DNA of 64,000 nt, taken from assembly GCA_038141425.1 (NCBI GenBank), contig JAYQIC010000003.1:14377-78376 (forward strand). The letters run 5' to 3'. The DNA comes from Rhodospirillaceae bacterium. GTDB taxonomy: Bacteria; Pseudomonadota; Alphaproteobacteria; UBA7985. The translations under genes and the position numbers were made by a program. The notes beneath the pieces were generated by a model, which had not been told where the DNA came from, made no database searches, and saw only the letters and a list, made by a program, of their open reading frames with translations. This document shows positions 48,794-59,250 of the stretch, piece by piece (positions within the stretch are counted from its first letter, which is position 1; the number at the start of each line of letters is the position of its first letter).

Positions 48794-48823
48794 AAAAGGG
48801 TCGCCTGCGGGCGGCCCTTTTGC
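48794..48823. terminator. bidirectional stem-loop between convergent genes
   Basis: aaAAGGGTCGCC tgcg GGCGGCCCTTtt: a 10-bp stem with one mismatch, with A-rich and T-rich flanks on either side. Confidence 0.45.
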
Positions 48824-48868
48824 TGTCTGCGGGTGGCGCGAAACCACGGTACCGCAGAAACGCGGTGC

Positions 48869-49369
48869 TTATTCAGCCCATTCCGGCAGGGGCAGGCCGT
48901 CTTCGTGGCCGCAGATCCCCGAGGTATCGCCCGACACCGTGTATTCGAGCTGTGTGTAGTGATCGCAGAACTCCGTGCTCACCTCCATGCTGTGGGTGCC
49001 GGTGTCGATGGGGTTGAAGCGGTTGCGGTAGTTCGTCAGCTCGCGGCCGAAGATATCCATGTACCGACCCTGCGGCCAGCAGCCCTGATTGTCATAGACC
49101 GACGGGGTGAAACACCAGCCGTTACCGCTCCACCACTGTCCTGCAAGGTGGCCCGTGGGCCGGCGAATTTCGATCAGCTCGCCCCCGAACAGGCCCCGGA
49201 TATGGGTGTTCCAGACGACGTAGGCCTGACCACCCATCTCGAAGGTCGTGACCTTCTCGACGCCGTAGGGCAGCACGGCCTGACCATGGTGATGCGGGTG
49301 CGCGCCCGCGCTGTGAAAGCCGAGGCCGCCGAGGGCGAGACATCCAACCGCCAATAGCCTTTTGATCAT
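48869..49369 (-). CDS. hypothetical secreted protein with His-rich N-terminus
   Basis: AAGGAG RBS and signal peptide MIKRLLAVGCLALGGLGFHSAGA. The mature N-terminus is HPHHHGQ. It is Trp/Cys-rich, and I recognise no family. Confidence 0.5.
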   Translation of the reverse strand: MIKRLLAVGCLALGGLGFHSAGAHPHHHGQAVLPYGVEKVTTFEMGGQAYVVWNTHIRGLFGGELIEIRRPTGHLAGQWWSGNGWCFTPSVYDNQGCWPQGRYMDIFGRELTNYRNRFNPIDTGTHSMEVSTEFCDHYTQLEYTVSGDTSGICGHEDGLPLPEWAE

Positions 49370-49569
49370 CGTTCGGGGCTCCTTAGTGCAAATAACCAAA
49401 AACCCTTATAGCCGAAGAAAGGGCTGAGAGAAGCGCTTTGCCGCGATTGTGACCCGTCCTTCTCGTTCTGCAGCGCTGAGGTTGCTGCGAAAGATCAGGT
49501 CTTGCCGCCGAGCCGCCTTCGCGTTCAGACTGCGCGCACGTGTATTTTCAGGAGAGAGAGACCAGACCC

Positions 49570-50406
49570 ATGAGCAAGCTGACCATTGCTGTGACCCAGA
49601 TGACCTGTGGCTGGGATCAGGACGACAACATCCAGCGGGCCGAGGCGATGGTCCGGGAAGCCAAAGGGCAGGGCGCCGGACTGGTGCTGCTGCAGGAGCT
49701 GTTCCTCACCCCCTATTTCTGCTCCGAGCAGGACCAAAAGCACTTCGACCTGTCCCGGCCTTTCGAGGGTCACCCGGTCATCGATCACTTTGCGGCGTTG
49801 GCCCGCGAGCTCGGCGTGGTCATGCCCATCAGCTTTTTCGAGCGGACCGAGCGTCAGTTCTTCAACAGCGTCGCGATCGTCGACGCCGACGGCAGCATCC
49901 TCGGCCTCTATCGCAAGACCCACATTCCCGACGGCGAGGGCTATCAGGAGAAGTTCTATTTCACCCCCGGCAATCTGGGCCTGCGGGTCTGGAATACGGC
50001 GGTCGGCCGCATCGGTGTCGGTATCTGCTGGGACCAGTGGTTCCCGGAGGTGGCGCGGACCATGGCGCTCAAGGGCGCCGATATCCTGCTCTACCCCACC
50101 GCCATCGGCTCGGAGCCGGGATTCCCGGGGCTGAGTTCCATGCGGCACTGGCAGCGGACCATGCAGGGTCATGCAGCCGCGAACATGAGCATCCTCGCCG
50201 CCAGCAACCGCATTGGTACGGAGAAGGTGGGACACCAGATGGACTTCTACGGTGGCAGCTTCATCGCCGACCACACCGGCGGGATGATGGCCGAGATGGA
50301 GGAACAGGCCGGGATCGCGCTGGCAACCGTCGATCTCGACGAGGTGCGGCGCTACCGCGAAGGCTGGGGGTCGTTCCGTGACATCCGCCCCGACATCTAC
50401 GCCTGA
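49570..50406 (+). CDS. aguB: carbon-nitrogen hydrolase, N-carbamoylputrescine amidase-like
   Basis: LVLLQELF (Glu), YRKTHIP (Lys) and GVGICWDQWFPE (Cys) form the nitrilase-superfamily triad in the AguB-like context. Confidence 0.75.
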   Translation: MSKLTIAVTQMTCGWDQDDNIQRAEAMVREAKGQGAGLVLLQELFLTPYFCSEQDQKHFDLSRPFEGHPVIDHFAALARELGVVMPISFFERTERQFFNSVAIVDADGSILGLYRKTHIPDGEGYQEKFYFTPGNLGLRVWNTAVGRIGVGICWDQWFPEVARTMALKGADILLYPTAIGSEPGFPGLSSMRHWQRTMQGHAAANMSILAASNRIGTEKVGHQMDFYGGSFIADHTGGMMAEMEEQAGIALATVDLDEVRRYREGWGSFRDIRPDIYA

Positions 50407-50751
50407 GGGCGAGACAACGTGTCCGGCGCTCGCACGGGTCAGGGGCTGGCGTATGCCGCCCCGCTTGCGGTAGATTGAGGGCTGAGGATGGTGGCGCGCC
50501 GGGAGGCGTGCTTGAACGGTAGGGGGCTGACATGGCGACCAGAAACGTGAACTGCATGACTAATACAGCCGTGGTCCGAGAGCTCTACTGGGGCTGCGGC
50601 GGCGGAGTTATGTCGTGCTTTTCCGGGGCGGTTTCCGCCACCGTGCCCAACCGAAAGGCCCATCCGAGCTGCCCGCGCGAGGCCGTGCAGCAGCAAAACG
50701 CCACCAAGCCGGGTACTGTCAGCAAATAGAACCAGTCAAAAAGGCGGGGGC

Positions 50752-51968
50752 TCAAAACCCCGCCAGCAGGTGGTCCAGAGCATCGACGGCAAGCGCCATA
50801 TCGGCATCGGTAACAAATTCGTCGGGCCGATGACTGACCCCGCCGCGGCAGCGCACAAACATCATCGCAACCGGGCACAGGTCCGACATGGCCGAGGCAT
50901 CGTGGGTCGCGCCTGAAGGCAGGTCAAAACCTGTCCCGCCCTGCGTGGCGGTGACGGCGTCGGCGACACGGGCTTGCAGCCCGGGTTCGCACAGGACCGC
51001 ATCCTGGCTGTAGGTGCGCTCGAAGCTGATACCGCAGCCCATCGCCGCCGCGCTCTGCGCCGCGAGTGCCCTCGCAGCACCGTGCATGTCGTGGCGTTTT
51101 GCGTCGTCGATGGCGCGCAATTCCAGCACCAGTTCCACCCGCTTGGGGATGGCGTTAACCGCCCCGGGCGCAAGAATGAGCGTTCCGACCGTGGCCCGGA
51201 CATCGCCCTGCTCCTGCGCGAGTGCGTTGACCCCGCTGATGAAGCGGGCTGCGGCGACGAGGGCATCCTTGCGGCCGGCCATGGGCATCGTGCCCGCGTG
51301 GCCGGTTTCACCGGTAAAGACAATCGCATTGCGCTCGATGCCGCAAATCCCGGTCACCGTCCCCAACGCCAGTCCGGCGTTTTCCAGCACCGGGCCCTGC
51401 TCGATGTGGACTTCGACGAACCCGATCACGTCTTCAGGGCGGCGACGCTGGGTCGAGAGCTGGTCGGGTGCCCCCGAAGTCAGCCATGGCTCTGGCGATC
51501 GAGATGCCGTCAGCGTCCATCAGGTCCAGCGCTGCCGGATCGAGCGTGCCCGCGAGCGCGCGCGGGCCGATCAGGGCGGTGGGGGAAGCGCACGCCCTCT
51601 TCGTCGGCAAAGGCGACGACCTCGACAGGCACCGTCGGCCATCGCCCGTCGCGCCGCATTTTCTCCAGCGCCAGACAGGGCAGCAGCACGCCCATGATGC
51701 CGTCATAGCGGCCACCGTGCGGTACAGAATCCTGATGCGAGCCAAGGATCAGCGTCGGACCTTCTTCGCCTGAGGCAGAGCGACCGACCAGCGTGCCTGA
51801 AGCTGTCATTTCAGGCTCCAGCCCGGCCCGCTCCATCCACCCCCGGATGTGGTCGAGCGCGGCGGCATGTTCCCCGGAAAAGGGAAGTCGGCTGACCCCG
51901 TCGACCGTGGTCGAACAGGCTGCAACCCGGCTCAACCGCGCCTGAGCTTCTTCCCCCAGTTCATGCAC
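50752..51968 (-). CDS. M20-family amidase (N-carbamoyl-L-amino-acid hydrolase / allantoate amidohydrolase type); frame broken twice
   Basis: GSHQDSVPHGGRYDG, FADEEGVRF, VEVHIEQGPVLE, TGETGHAGTMPM and GATHDA. The breaks are at the C5 run near 51590 and the C5 run 51471..51475. Confidence 0.8.
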
Positions 51969-51977
51969 ACCTCTTAT

Positions 51978-51989
51978 TTATCATGATAA
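51978..51989. promoter_or_regulatory. perfect palindrome TTATCATGATAA (box 1), candidate GntR operator
   Basis: It lies between the divergent amidase (start 51968) and GntR (start 52062) genes. The same box recurs twice at 53.5 kb. Confidence 0.4.
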
Positions 51990-52061
51990 TTCAGCGTTAC
52001 ATAACCAGAGTTTTGTGTCTATTGAAGGCCCAAATGTTTAAGTGAGCCAAAAGGCGCTCCC

Positions 52062-52806
52062 ATGGTTGCCAAGAAATCCCGCCCGGTAAAAGTCTCGGAA
52101 GAAATCAAGACCTGGGTCGTCGATCGCGATTTGAAGCAAGGGGACAGGCTGCCCAACGAGGCCGAGATGATCGCTATTTTTGGTGTTTCCAAAGGCACGG
52201 TGCGGGAAGCGCTTACGCATCCTCGAGGCCGAGGGCCTGATCAGCACCCGGACCGGTCCCGGTGGTGGCAGTTTCGTCAACAAGGTCACGGTTGAGCACG
52301 CAAAGTCCCTGCTCGCCAACTACTTTTACTTTGAACAGCTGTCCCTGAGCGATTTTTACCAGCTGCGCAAAATCCTCGAACCCGAGCTGGCGGCGAACCT
52401 TGCCGGTAAGCTGACCGAGGAGCAGCTGAACGAGCTTGACGCGCTGACTGCATCGCTGCCCGAACCGGCAACATCGGCGCAGGAAGAGAAAGAGCAGCAC
52501 ATTGCGTCACTGCGTTTTCACCAGCGTCTGGCGGAGTTTGCCGAAAACCGGCTGCTGGGTTTCGTGATCGCCTTCATGGCGCGGTCGCTGACCGATCTGA
52601 CCGTCTATCGGCGGCTCTATGATCCACCGAACCACGAACTCGCGATGAAAGGCTGGGAGCACCAGCAGCGGTTGGTCGGGGCCTTGCGACAGGGTGATGC
52701 CGACGCGGCCCGCGAAATCATGGCCTCTCACATGAGCGTGGCCGAGGAGCTGATGGCGGTGCAAGAAGCCGAGCTGGAGCGTCGCTTTATCAGCGTGGAG
52801 CGCTGA
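52062..52806 (+). CDS. GntR family (FadR/FCD subfamily) transcriptional regulator; frame broken once
   Basis: LPNEAEMIAIFGVSKGTVREAL-RILEAEGLISTRTGPGGGSFV is the winged HTH, followed by a helical FCD-like domain. There is a single extra base near 52211..52217. Confidence 0.85.
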
Positions 52807-53499
52807 TCAACCGGTCTTAGAGCTTTCCAGTTTTGCCAGATCCGGTGCGCGATGCCGGTCTTCGGCAACAGGCACTTCGTCCAGCCAGTCCTTGTAAGGT
52901 GAGGAATTGCACTGGTCGTAGAGCCTGCGCAAATCACCCAGAGGATCGTCGGACGAATCGATGCGCAGGTCGAGCGGGGGTCGCTCAGGCGTCAGGCACA
53001 GCAGGCTCGCCGACATCAGCCCGCGATAATCACCGCCCGCCGCCCGGGCTGCCCCGAGCGCCGCGAGCAGCCGCTCGCCGAGCGAATCGTCGGTCGCCAT
53101 GAAGGTCGCCGACATGGCGTCGACCACGTCGCGCTTGGCCAGCATATTGCCGCCTACGACCAGATTTGGTGCGCATTCGTGGCCGGCGTAGGGGAGACTC
53201 TGGTCGCCGGTATGCCCGGCCGTGCGGCCTTCGCGGTCCAGCGTCAGGAGCTGTCTGAAGCCCTTTCCGGTGTCGGGTTCGACCACCTGCGCCAGCGCTG
53301 AAGCCGCGTCGGCGCCCATGCGCATGGCCCGCAAGGCCTCGTCCCGCCAGAACGTGCTCGGCGAGGTTCCCTGGCTCGCGACCAGCCCAGAATCGATGTT
53401 CCCACGCAGCACCCAGCCCCCGACGCAGAGGTTTCCTGTGGCCGAAGCTGCGGCGAAACCGCCGCTTTTTTCATCAAAAGCCAGAATTGAGAAGGTCAT
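52807..53499 (-). CDS. DUF1028 family protein (Ntn-hydrolase-like)
   Basis: MTFSILAFDEKSGGFAAASATGNLCVGGWV..ASQG is the typical DUF1028 N-terminus. It is convergent with the GntR gene with zero gap. Confidence 0.8.
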   Translation of the reverse strand: MTFSILAFDEKSGGFAAASATGNLCVGGWVLRGNIDSGLVASQGTSPSTFWRDEALRAMRMGADAASALAQVVEPDTGKGFRQLLTLDREGRTAGHTGDQSLPYAGHECAPNLVVGGNMLAKRDVVDAMSATFMATDDSLGERLLAALGAARAAGGDYRGLMSASLLCLTPERPPLDLRIDSSDDPLGDLRRLYDQCNSSPYKDWLDEVPVAEDRHRAPDLAKLESSKTG

Positions 53500-53530
53500 G
53501 GGTACCGTCGTTGAACAATTTTTCTTGTAT

Positions 53531-53542
53531 TTATCATGAGAA
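53531..53542. promoter_or_regulatory. TTATCATGAgAA (box 2, one mismatch)
   Basis: It lies in the divergent DUF1028 / peptide-ABC intergenic region. Confidence 0.35.
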
Positions 53543-53558
53543 TTTGGCTGGATGCAAT

Positions 53559-53570
53559 CTATCATGATAA
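53559..53570. promoter_or_regulatory. cTATCATGATAA (box 3, one mismatch)
   Basis: It is 17 bp after box 2 and about 34 bp upstream of ATG 53604. Confidence 0.35.
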
Positions 53571-53603
53571 ATTCATCATACGCATAGGAGAGAGGATTAC
53601 ATC

Positions 53604-55178
53604 ATGAATATGCTGTCTGTAACACGTAGAACGCTGCTCGCGATCGGGGCGGCTGGGGCTATGACCCTTGCTTCGGTCAGTGCGCTCGCACAGACACCAC
53701 CCGGTGTCTTGATTGTCGGTCAGATCGCTGAGCCCAAGTCTCTGGACCCGGCGGCGGTAACGGCCGTGAACGATTTCCGCATCCTGATGAACGTCTATGA
53801 CGGTCTGGTGCGCTACAAGGACGGGACGCTCGAAGTCGAGCCGTCTCTGGCAACCTCCTGGGACATCAGCGACGATGGCCTTGAGTACACATTCTCCCTG
53901 CGCGAAGGCGTGAGCTTCCACGACGGTTCGGCCTTTGATGCCGAAGCGGTGAAGTTCAACTTCGACCGCATGCTGGACGAGAACCACCCCTACCACGATA
54001 CCGGACCGTTCCCGCTGTCGTTCTTCTTCTCTGCGGTTGAAGACGTGGCGGTGATGGATGCATCGACGGTGAAGTTCACCCTGAACGCACCCTATGCACC
54101 CTTCCTGTCCAACCTCGCTTACCCGACCGGCCTGATCGTCTCGCCGGCGGCAGTGATGGAACACGGTGCTGACTTCGGCCGGAACGCTTCGGGTACCGGC
54201 GCCTTTACCTTCGGCGAATGGCGCTCGAACGAAGCCGTCGTGGTCGAAGCCAACGCCGACTACTGGGGCGGTGCACCGGCCCTCGATGCGGTGGTCTTCC
54301 GCCCCATCACCGATGCCAACACCCGCGTTGCTGAAATGCTCGCTGGCGGTATCGACATGATGGTCGAAGTTCCCCCGGTTTCCCTGAGCAGCTTCGGCGC
54401 GGACCCCTACGTGGTTCACGAGCAGGCCGGTCCTCACGTCTGGTTCCTGATCCTGAACGCCAAGGAAGGCCCCTTTGCTGACAAGCGTGTGCGGCAGGCT
54501 GCCAACTACGCGATCAACAAGGGAGCCATCGTCAACGACGTTCTCGAAGGCACTGCAGCGATCGCAGCAGGCCCAACGCCTCCGGCCTTTGCCTGGGCGT
54601 ACAACGAGAGCCTCGAGCCATACCCCTACGACCCCGACAAGGCCCGCGCCCTGCTGGCTGAAGCGGGTACCGAGGGTGCTGAGCTGACCTTCTACGTCAC
54701 CGAAGGCGGTTCGGGCATGCTCGACCCCGTTGCCATGGGTACGGCCATTCAGGCCGACCTGCAGGCCGTCGGCCTCGACGTGAAAATCGAGACCTACGAG
54801 TGGAACACCTTCCTCGGTGAGGTGAACCCGGGCCTCGAGGGCAAGGCAGACATGGCCGAAATGGCGTGGATGACCAACGACCCAGATACGCTGCCATTCC
54901 TCGCGCTGCGCACCGACGCGTGGCCGGACAAGGGCGGCTTCAACTCCGGCTACTACTCCAACCCGGCGGTAGACGAGCTGCTTGAAGCAGCCCGCGCTTC
55001 GACCGACCAGGCTGAGCGTGCGCGTCTGTATCAGGAAATGCAGACCATCGTTCAGGAGGATGCGCCGTGGGTCTTCGTTGCGAACTGGAAGCAGAACGCC
55101 GTGTCTAGCAACCGCGTGGAAAACTTCGCGCTGCAGCCATCGTTCTTACTCCTGCTGAAGGACGTCGCGAAGAACTAA
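53604..55178 (+). CDS. peptide/nickel-type ABC transporter substrate-binding protein (family 5)
   Basis: 524 aa with a signal peptide. ..LDPA..VNDFRILMNVYDGLVRY..LATSWDIS is the family 5 pattern. Confidence 0.85.
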   Translation: MNMLSVTRRTLLAIGAAGAMTLASVSALAQTPPGVLIVGQIAEPKSLDPAAVTAVNDFRILMNVYDGLVRYKDGTLEVEPSLATSWDISDDGLEYTFSLREGVSFHDGSAFDAEAVKFNFDRMLDENHPYHDTGPFPLSFFFSAVEDVAVMDASTVKFTLNAPYAPFLSNLAYPTGLIVSPAAVMEHGADFGRNASGTGAFTFGEWRSNEAVVVEANADYWGGAPALDAVVFRPITDANTRVAEMLAGGIDMMVEVPPVSLSSFGADPYVVHEQAGPHVWFLILNAKEGPFADKRVRQAANYAINKGAIVNDVLEGTAAIAAGPTPPAFAWAYNESLEPYPYDPDKARALLAEAGTEGAELTFYVTEGGSGMLDPVAMGTAIQADLQAVGLDVKIETYEWNTFLGEVNPGLEGKADMAEMAWMTNDPDTLPFLALRTDAWPDKGGFNSGYYSNPAVDELLEAARASTDQAERARLYQEMQTIVQEDAPWVFVANWKQNAVSSNRVENFALQPSFLLLLKDVAKN

Positions 55179-55319
55179 CCCCCTAGAGACGCTTCGTCTT
55201 GATGGACCAAGGGCGGCTTGCCTACCGCAGGTGAGCCGCCCTTTTTTCGTATTCCTTTGACGGCACGCCGCTTGTTTGCGACCGTCGAAGCCGTCTGATT
55301 GATTTGGGTTGCCTGCACC

Positions 55320-56267
55320 ATGGGCGAGTACATCGTCAAAAGACTGCTTTCCGCTCTGCCGGTGCTGTTTGGCATTACGGTCATCGTGTTCCTGATCATG
55401 GCCATGATCCCCGGCGACCCGGCGACGGCTATTCTCGGCTCCTACGCCACCCCCGAAAACGTGGAACGCCTGAACCGGCAACTGGGCCTCGATCGCCCGC
55501 TGCCGCTGCGCTACCTGATCTGGCTGGGCAATATGCTGCAGGGGGACTTTGGCCAGTCGTTCTCGCTGAACCGGCCGGTGCTCGAAGAGGTCCTGGAGCG
55601 GCTCAACGCGACCCTGATCCTCGCGGGTACGGCTTTCGTGCTGTGTTCGGTGCTGGGCATTGTCGCCGGAGTGATCTCCGCGACCCGGCAATACGGCCTT
55701 GCCGACAAGGGCATCACCTTCGCGGTCATCCTCGGGATTTCGATCCCTTCATTCTTTCTGGGGATGATGATGATTCTGGTGTTCGCAGTGAACCTGCGGA
55801 TGTTCCCGGTCTCGGGCATGTGGCCGATCTACGGTGACCGCGACCTCGAAGCGCTGATCCGGCACCTGACGTTGCCGGCGCTGACGCTTTCCGTCGTCGC
55901 TACCGGGGTGATCGCACGGCTGAGCCGTTCGGCCATACTCGAGGTGCTGCGCGCCGACTATATCCGCACCGCCCGCGCCAAGGGCCTGCGCGAAAGTCGC
56001 GTGGTCTGGCTGCATGCACTCAAGACCGCCATGGTCTCGATCCTGCCGATCCTCGGCCTGCAGGCCGGGTTCGTGCTATCCGGTGCGGTCTATATCGAAA
56101 TGGTGTTCCAGTGGCCCGGGGTCGGGCGCATGCTGGTCGACGCCATCCTCAAGCGCGATATCATGCTGGTGCAGGGCGGCGTGGTCTTTGTCGCCAGCTG
56201 CTACGTGCTGTTCAACATCATCGTCGACGTGCTGCAGACCCTGCTCGACTCAAGGATCAAGACATGA
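55320..56267 (+). CDS. ABC transporter permease (DppB/OppB-like)
   Basis: MGEYIVKRLLSALPVLFGITVIVFLIM..PGDP and YIRTARAKGL. Confidence 0.85.
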   Translation: MGEYIVKRLLSALPVLFGITVIVFLIMAMIPGDPATAILGSYATPENVERLNRQLGLDRPLPLRYLIWLGNMLQGDFGQSFSLNRPVLEEVLERLNATLILAGTAFVLCSVLGIVAGVISATRQYGLADKGITFAVILGISIPSFFLGMMMILVFAVNLRMFPVSGMWPIYGDRDLEALIRHLTLPALTLSVVATGVIARLSRSAILEVLRADYIRTARAKGLRESRVVWLHALKTAMVSILPILGLQAGFVLSGAVYIEMVFQWPGVGRMLVDAILKRDIMLVQGGVVFVASCYVLFNIIVDVLQTLLDSRIKT

Positions 56268-58162
56268 TCGGGCTGGTCCGGCTGATCGCACGCAACCGGC
56301 TGGCGCTGGTCGGGCTGGTGGTGCTTGTGGCGCTGGTCCTGCTGTCGCTGATCACCCCCTTGCTGCCGCTGGCCAACCCGGACGTGATCGACACGGCCCG
56401 CCGCTTCCGGCTGCCGTTCACGGAAGGCGCACTGCTGGGCACGGATCATCTGGGCCGCGACCTGCTCAGCCGTTTGCTGTGGGGGACGCGGCTGTCGCTG
56501 CTGGTCGGCTTCTCAGCGGCTCTGATCGCCGCAATGATCGGCGCAACCATGGGCATCGTCGCCGGATACTTCGGCGGCATCACCGACAATGTCATCATGC
56601 GCAGCGTGGATACCCTTATGGGCTTTCCCTACATCCTGCTCGCGCTGGCCATCGTCGCGGTGCTGGGGCCGGGGCTGTTCAACGCCCTGATAGCCGTCGC
56701 CGCCGTCAACATCCCGTTTTTCGCCCGGAATATCCGCGGCGTCACCGTCACCATCGTCCACCTCGAATACGTCGACGCAGCGCGGCTGAACGGGCGCAAC
56801 CACCTGAGCATCATCGTCGGTGAAGTCCTGCCCAACGTCATCCCCACCATCGTGGTCGCGGTCTCGACAACTGTCGGCTGGATGATCCTCGAGACTGCCG
56901 GTCTGTCCTTCCTCGGCCTTGGCTCCCAGCCGCCGCAGGCAGATCTCGGGTCTATGCTCGGGGAGGCTCGCGCGGCCCTGATCACCAGCCCGCACACGTC
57001 CTTCGTGCCCGGGGCCATGATCCTGATCATTGTCATGGGGGTGAACCTGCTCGGTGATGGTATCCGCGACGCGCTCGACCCCCGGCTCAAGGCCGGCGCC
57101 CTCAGCCGTCCGCAGCCCGCCACCAAGGTCGCGCACTTCGACCCCAGTGTGCCGCAGCAGCCCGACGCCGTGCTGGAACTGGCCGACCTGTCCACCGCCT
57201 TCGACCTCGGTGCGCGGGAGCTGCGCGCGGTCAGGCAGGTCGACCTGCACCTGAACAAAGGCGAGTGCCTGGGCATCATCGGCGAAAGCGGCTCGGGCAA
57301 GTCCGTCACCGCGCTGTCGATCCTGCGGCTGGTCGCCTCTCCCCCCGGCGTGATCAAGGGCGGATCTGTCCACTTCGGCGGCGAGGATCTTGTGCGCCTG
57401 CCGCACCATCGCCTGCGCCAGATCCGCGGTAACCGGGTCGCCTATATCTTTCAGGACCCGCTCACGACCCTTCACCCGCTGCTGACCGTGGGCACGCAAA
57501 TGCTTGAAGCCATCAAGGCGCACCAGCGGATCACCACGCAGGAAGCGCGAGAGAATGCCCTGTCGCTGCTGACGCAGGTGCGGATTCCCGATCCGCAGCG
57601 GGTCTTCAGCAGCCATCCTCACCAGCTTTCCGGCGGCATGCGCCAGCGCATCGGCATCGCCATGGCGCTGTGCAACGACCCCGACGTGATCATCGCCGAC
57701 GAGCCGACCACGGCACTGGACGTGACCGTGCAGGCGCAGATCGTGACGCTGATCGACGATCTGCGCCGGGAGCGGGGTCTCTCGGTCATCTTCATCACGC
57801 ATGATTTCAGTGTTGTCTCCCAGCTCTGCGACCGGGTGGCGGTCATGTACGCCGGTGAGCTGGTGGAACTGGGATCAACGCAGCAGATCATCGAACAGCC
57901 GCAGCATCCCTACACCACCAAGCTGATGCAGTGCGTGCCGCAACTGGGCGCGGGCAAGCGGCGGCTGCACGCCATTCCGGGCCTTCCGCCCCGTGCTGAC
58001 GAGCCGCTGGTTGGCTGCGCCTTCGCCAGTCGCTGCCACATCGCCAGCGACGCCTGCCGGCAGGGACCGATTGCGCTCGACCGCCTCGAACAGCAGCGCG
58101 CGGTGCGGTGCATCCATCGCGGCGAGCACGGCCTGCCACAGATTGAGGGGGCGGCAGCATGA
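56264..58162 (+). CDS. fused ABC permease (DppC-like) and ATP-binding (DppD-like) protein
   Basis: The permease part ends ..[14 protein letters not shown] 27-aa linker follows, then [22 protein letters not shown] (Walker A), LSGGMRQR and [11 protein letters not shown], all in one open frame. There is an ATGA overlap with the upstream gene. Confidence 0.8.
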   Translation: MIGLVRLIARNRLALVGLVVLVALVLLSLITPLLPLANPDVIDTARRFRLPFTEGALLGTDHLGRDLLSRLLWGTRLSLLVGFSAALIAAMIGATMGIVAGYFGGITDNVIMRSVDTLMGFPYILLALAIVAVLGPGLFNALIAVAAVNIPFFARNIRGVTVTIVHLEYVDAARLNGRNHLSIIVGEVLPNVIPTIVVAVSTTVGWMILETAGLSFLGLGSQPPQADLGSMLGEARAALITSPHTSFVPGAMILIIVMGVNLLGDGIRDALDPRLKAGALSRPQPATKVAHFDPSVPQQPDAVLELADLSTAFDLGARELRAVRQVDLHLNKGECLGIIGESGSGKSVTALSILRLVASPPGVIKGGSVHFGGEDLVRLPHHRLRQIRGNRVAYIFQDPLTTLHPLLTVGTQMLEAIKAHQRITTQEARENALSLLTQVRIPDPQRVFSSHPHQLSGGMRQRIGIAMALCNDPDVIIADEPTTALDVTVQAQIVTLIDDLRRERGLSVIFITHDFSVVSQLCDRVAVMYAGELVELGSTQQIIEQPQHPYTTKLMQCVPQLGAGKRRLHAIPGLPPRADEPLVGCAFASRCHIASDACRQGPIALDRLEQQRAVRCIHRGEHGLPQIEGAAA

Positions 58163-59114
58163 GCCATCCGGCCCTGAAAATCACCGAGTTGAGCAAGACC
58201 TTCACCGACGCATCCGGCCTGCTGGGTCGATCGCGGCGGGAGGTGCGGGCCGTGACGCGCGTCAGCCTCGATGTCGCCCCGGGCGAAACGCTGGGGATTG
58301 TCGGCGAGTCCGGCTGCGGCAAGACCACGCTGGCGCGGATGCTGGTCGGCCTGACCCCGCCCACCCCGGGCGGATCGAGATCAACGGCACCGACCGTACC
58401 GGCGACAGCACGCGCCGTTTTGGCCGCGATATCCAGTACGTGTTCCAGGACCCGACCAGCAGCCTCAACCCGCGCATGACAATCCGCGATATTCTGAGCG
58501 TCCCGCTCCGCTATCTGCACGGCATGGACGGCCCCGCACGGGCGGCCCGGATCAGCGAGATTATCGACGCGGTGAACCTGCGCGAGGAGTTCCTCGACCG
58601 TCACCCGCACGAATTTTCCGGCGGTCAGGCGCAGCGGATCGGGATTGCGCGGGCTTTGGCGGCCGATGCCCGCATTCTGGTTCTCGACGAGCCGGTGTCT
58701 GCGCTGGACGTGTCGATTCAGGCGCAGGTGCTCAACCTGCTCGCCGACCTCAAGGCCGAGTACGGGCTGACCTACATTTTCATCAGCCACGACCTTGCGG
58801 TGGTCGAGGCGATCAGTGATCGGGTCGCGGTGTTCTACGCGGGATCCATCGCGGAAATCGGCCCGGCAGAACAGATCTTCGCCGCGCCCCGCCATCCCTA
58901 CACCAAGCTGCTCGCAGACAGCGCCCCGGCGGTCGGCAAGCCCATCCAGACCCAAGAGTCCGCGCTCAGCGATGTGCAGGTGAGCCCGACCCAGCTGCCC
59001 GGCTGTTCGTTTGCGCCGCGCTGTGCCTATGCCTCGGAGCGCTGCCACAGCGAACCGCCCGTGCTGGAAACCGCCGGTCCGCACGCCGCAGCCTGTTTTC
59101 ATCCGCTGGACTGA
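58159..59114 (+). CDS. ABC transporter ATP-binding protein (DppF/OppF-like); frame broken once
   Basis: [27 protein letters not shown] and [11 protein letters not shown]. The pieces join (..[15 protein letters not shown]..) at the G3 run 58368..58370. ATGA overlap. Confidence 0.85.
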
Positions 59115-59250
59115 GGCACTTACCCCCCTCAAGGAAATGCGGGTATCGATGCCAGCCAGCCCCGCTGGAGCACTTCGGACAGCCAGCGTTGTTTCCGGCT
59201 CCCATCACCTCTAGGCTTCGCGCCAATCCTGAAACGAGCTGGCGGCCTTC

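Noticed and set aside
50407-50751. A gene or sRNA in the 345-bp gap after the aguB-like gene (for example ORF 50532..50729)
   Set aside because: The ORF has implausible composition and no RBS, and I see no convincing conserved structure. The gap is left unannotated.
56111-56263. The upstream extension of ORF 56111..58162, and similar extensions at 7668..7823, 18146..18205, 18849..18926 and 31060..31107
   Set aside because: The extensions overlap the preceding gene or are R/A/G-rich. Internal starts with an RBS or ATGA coupling give family-typical N-termini.
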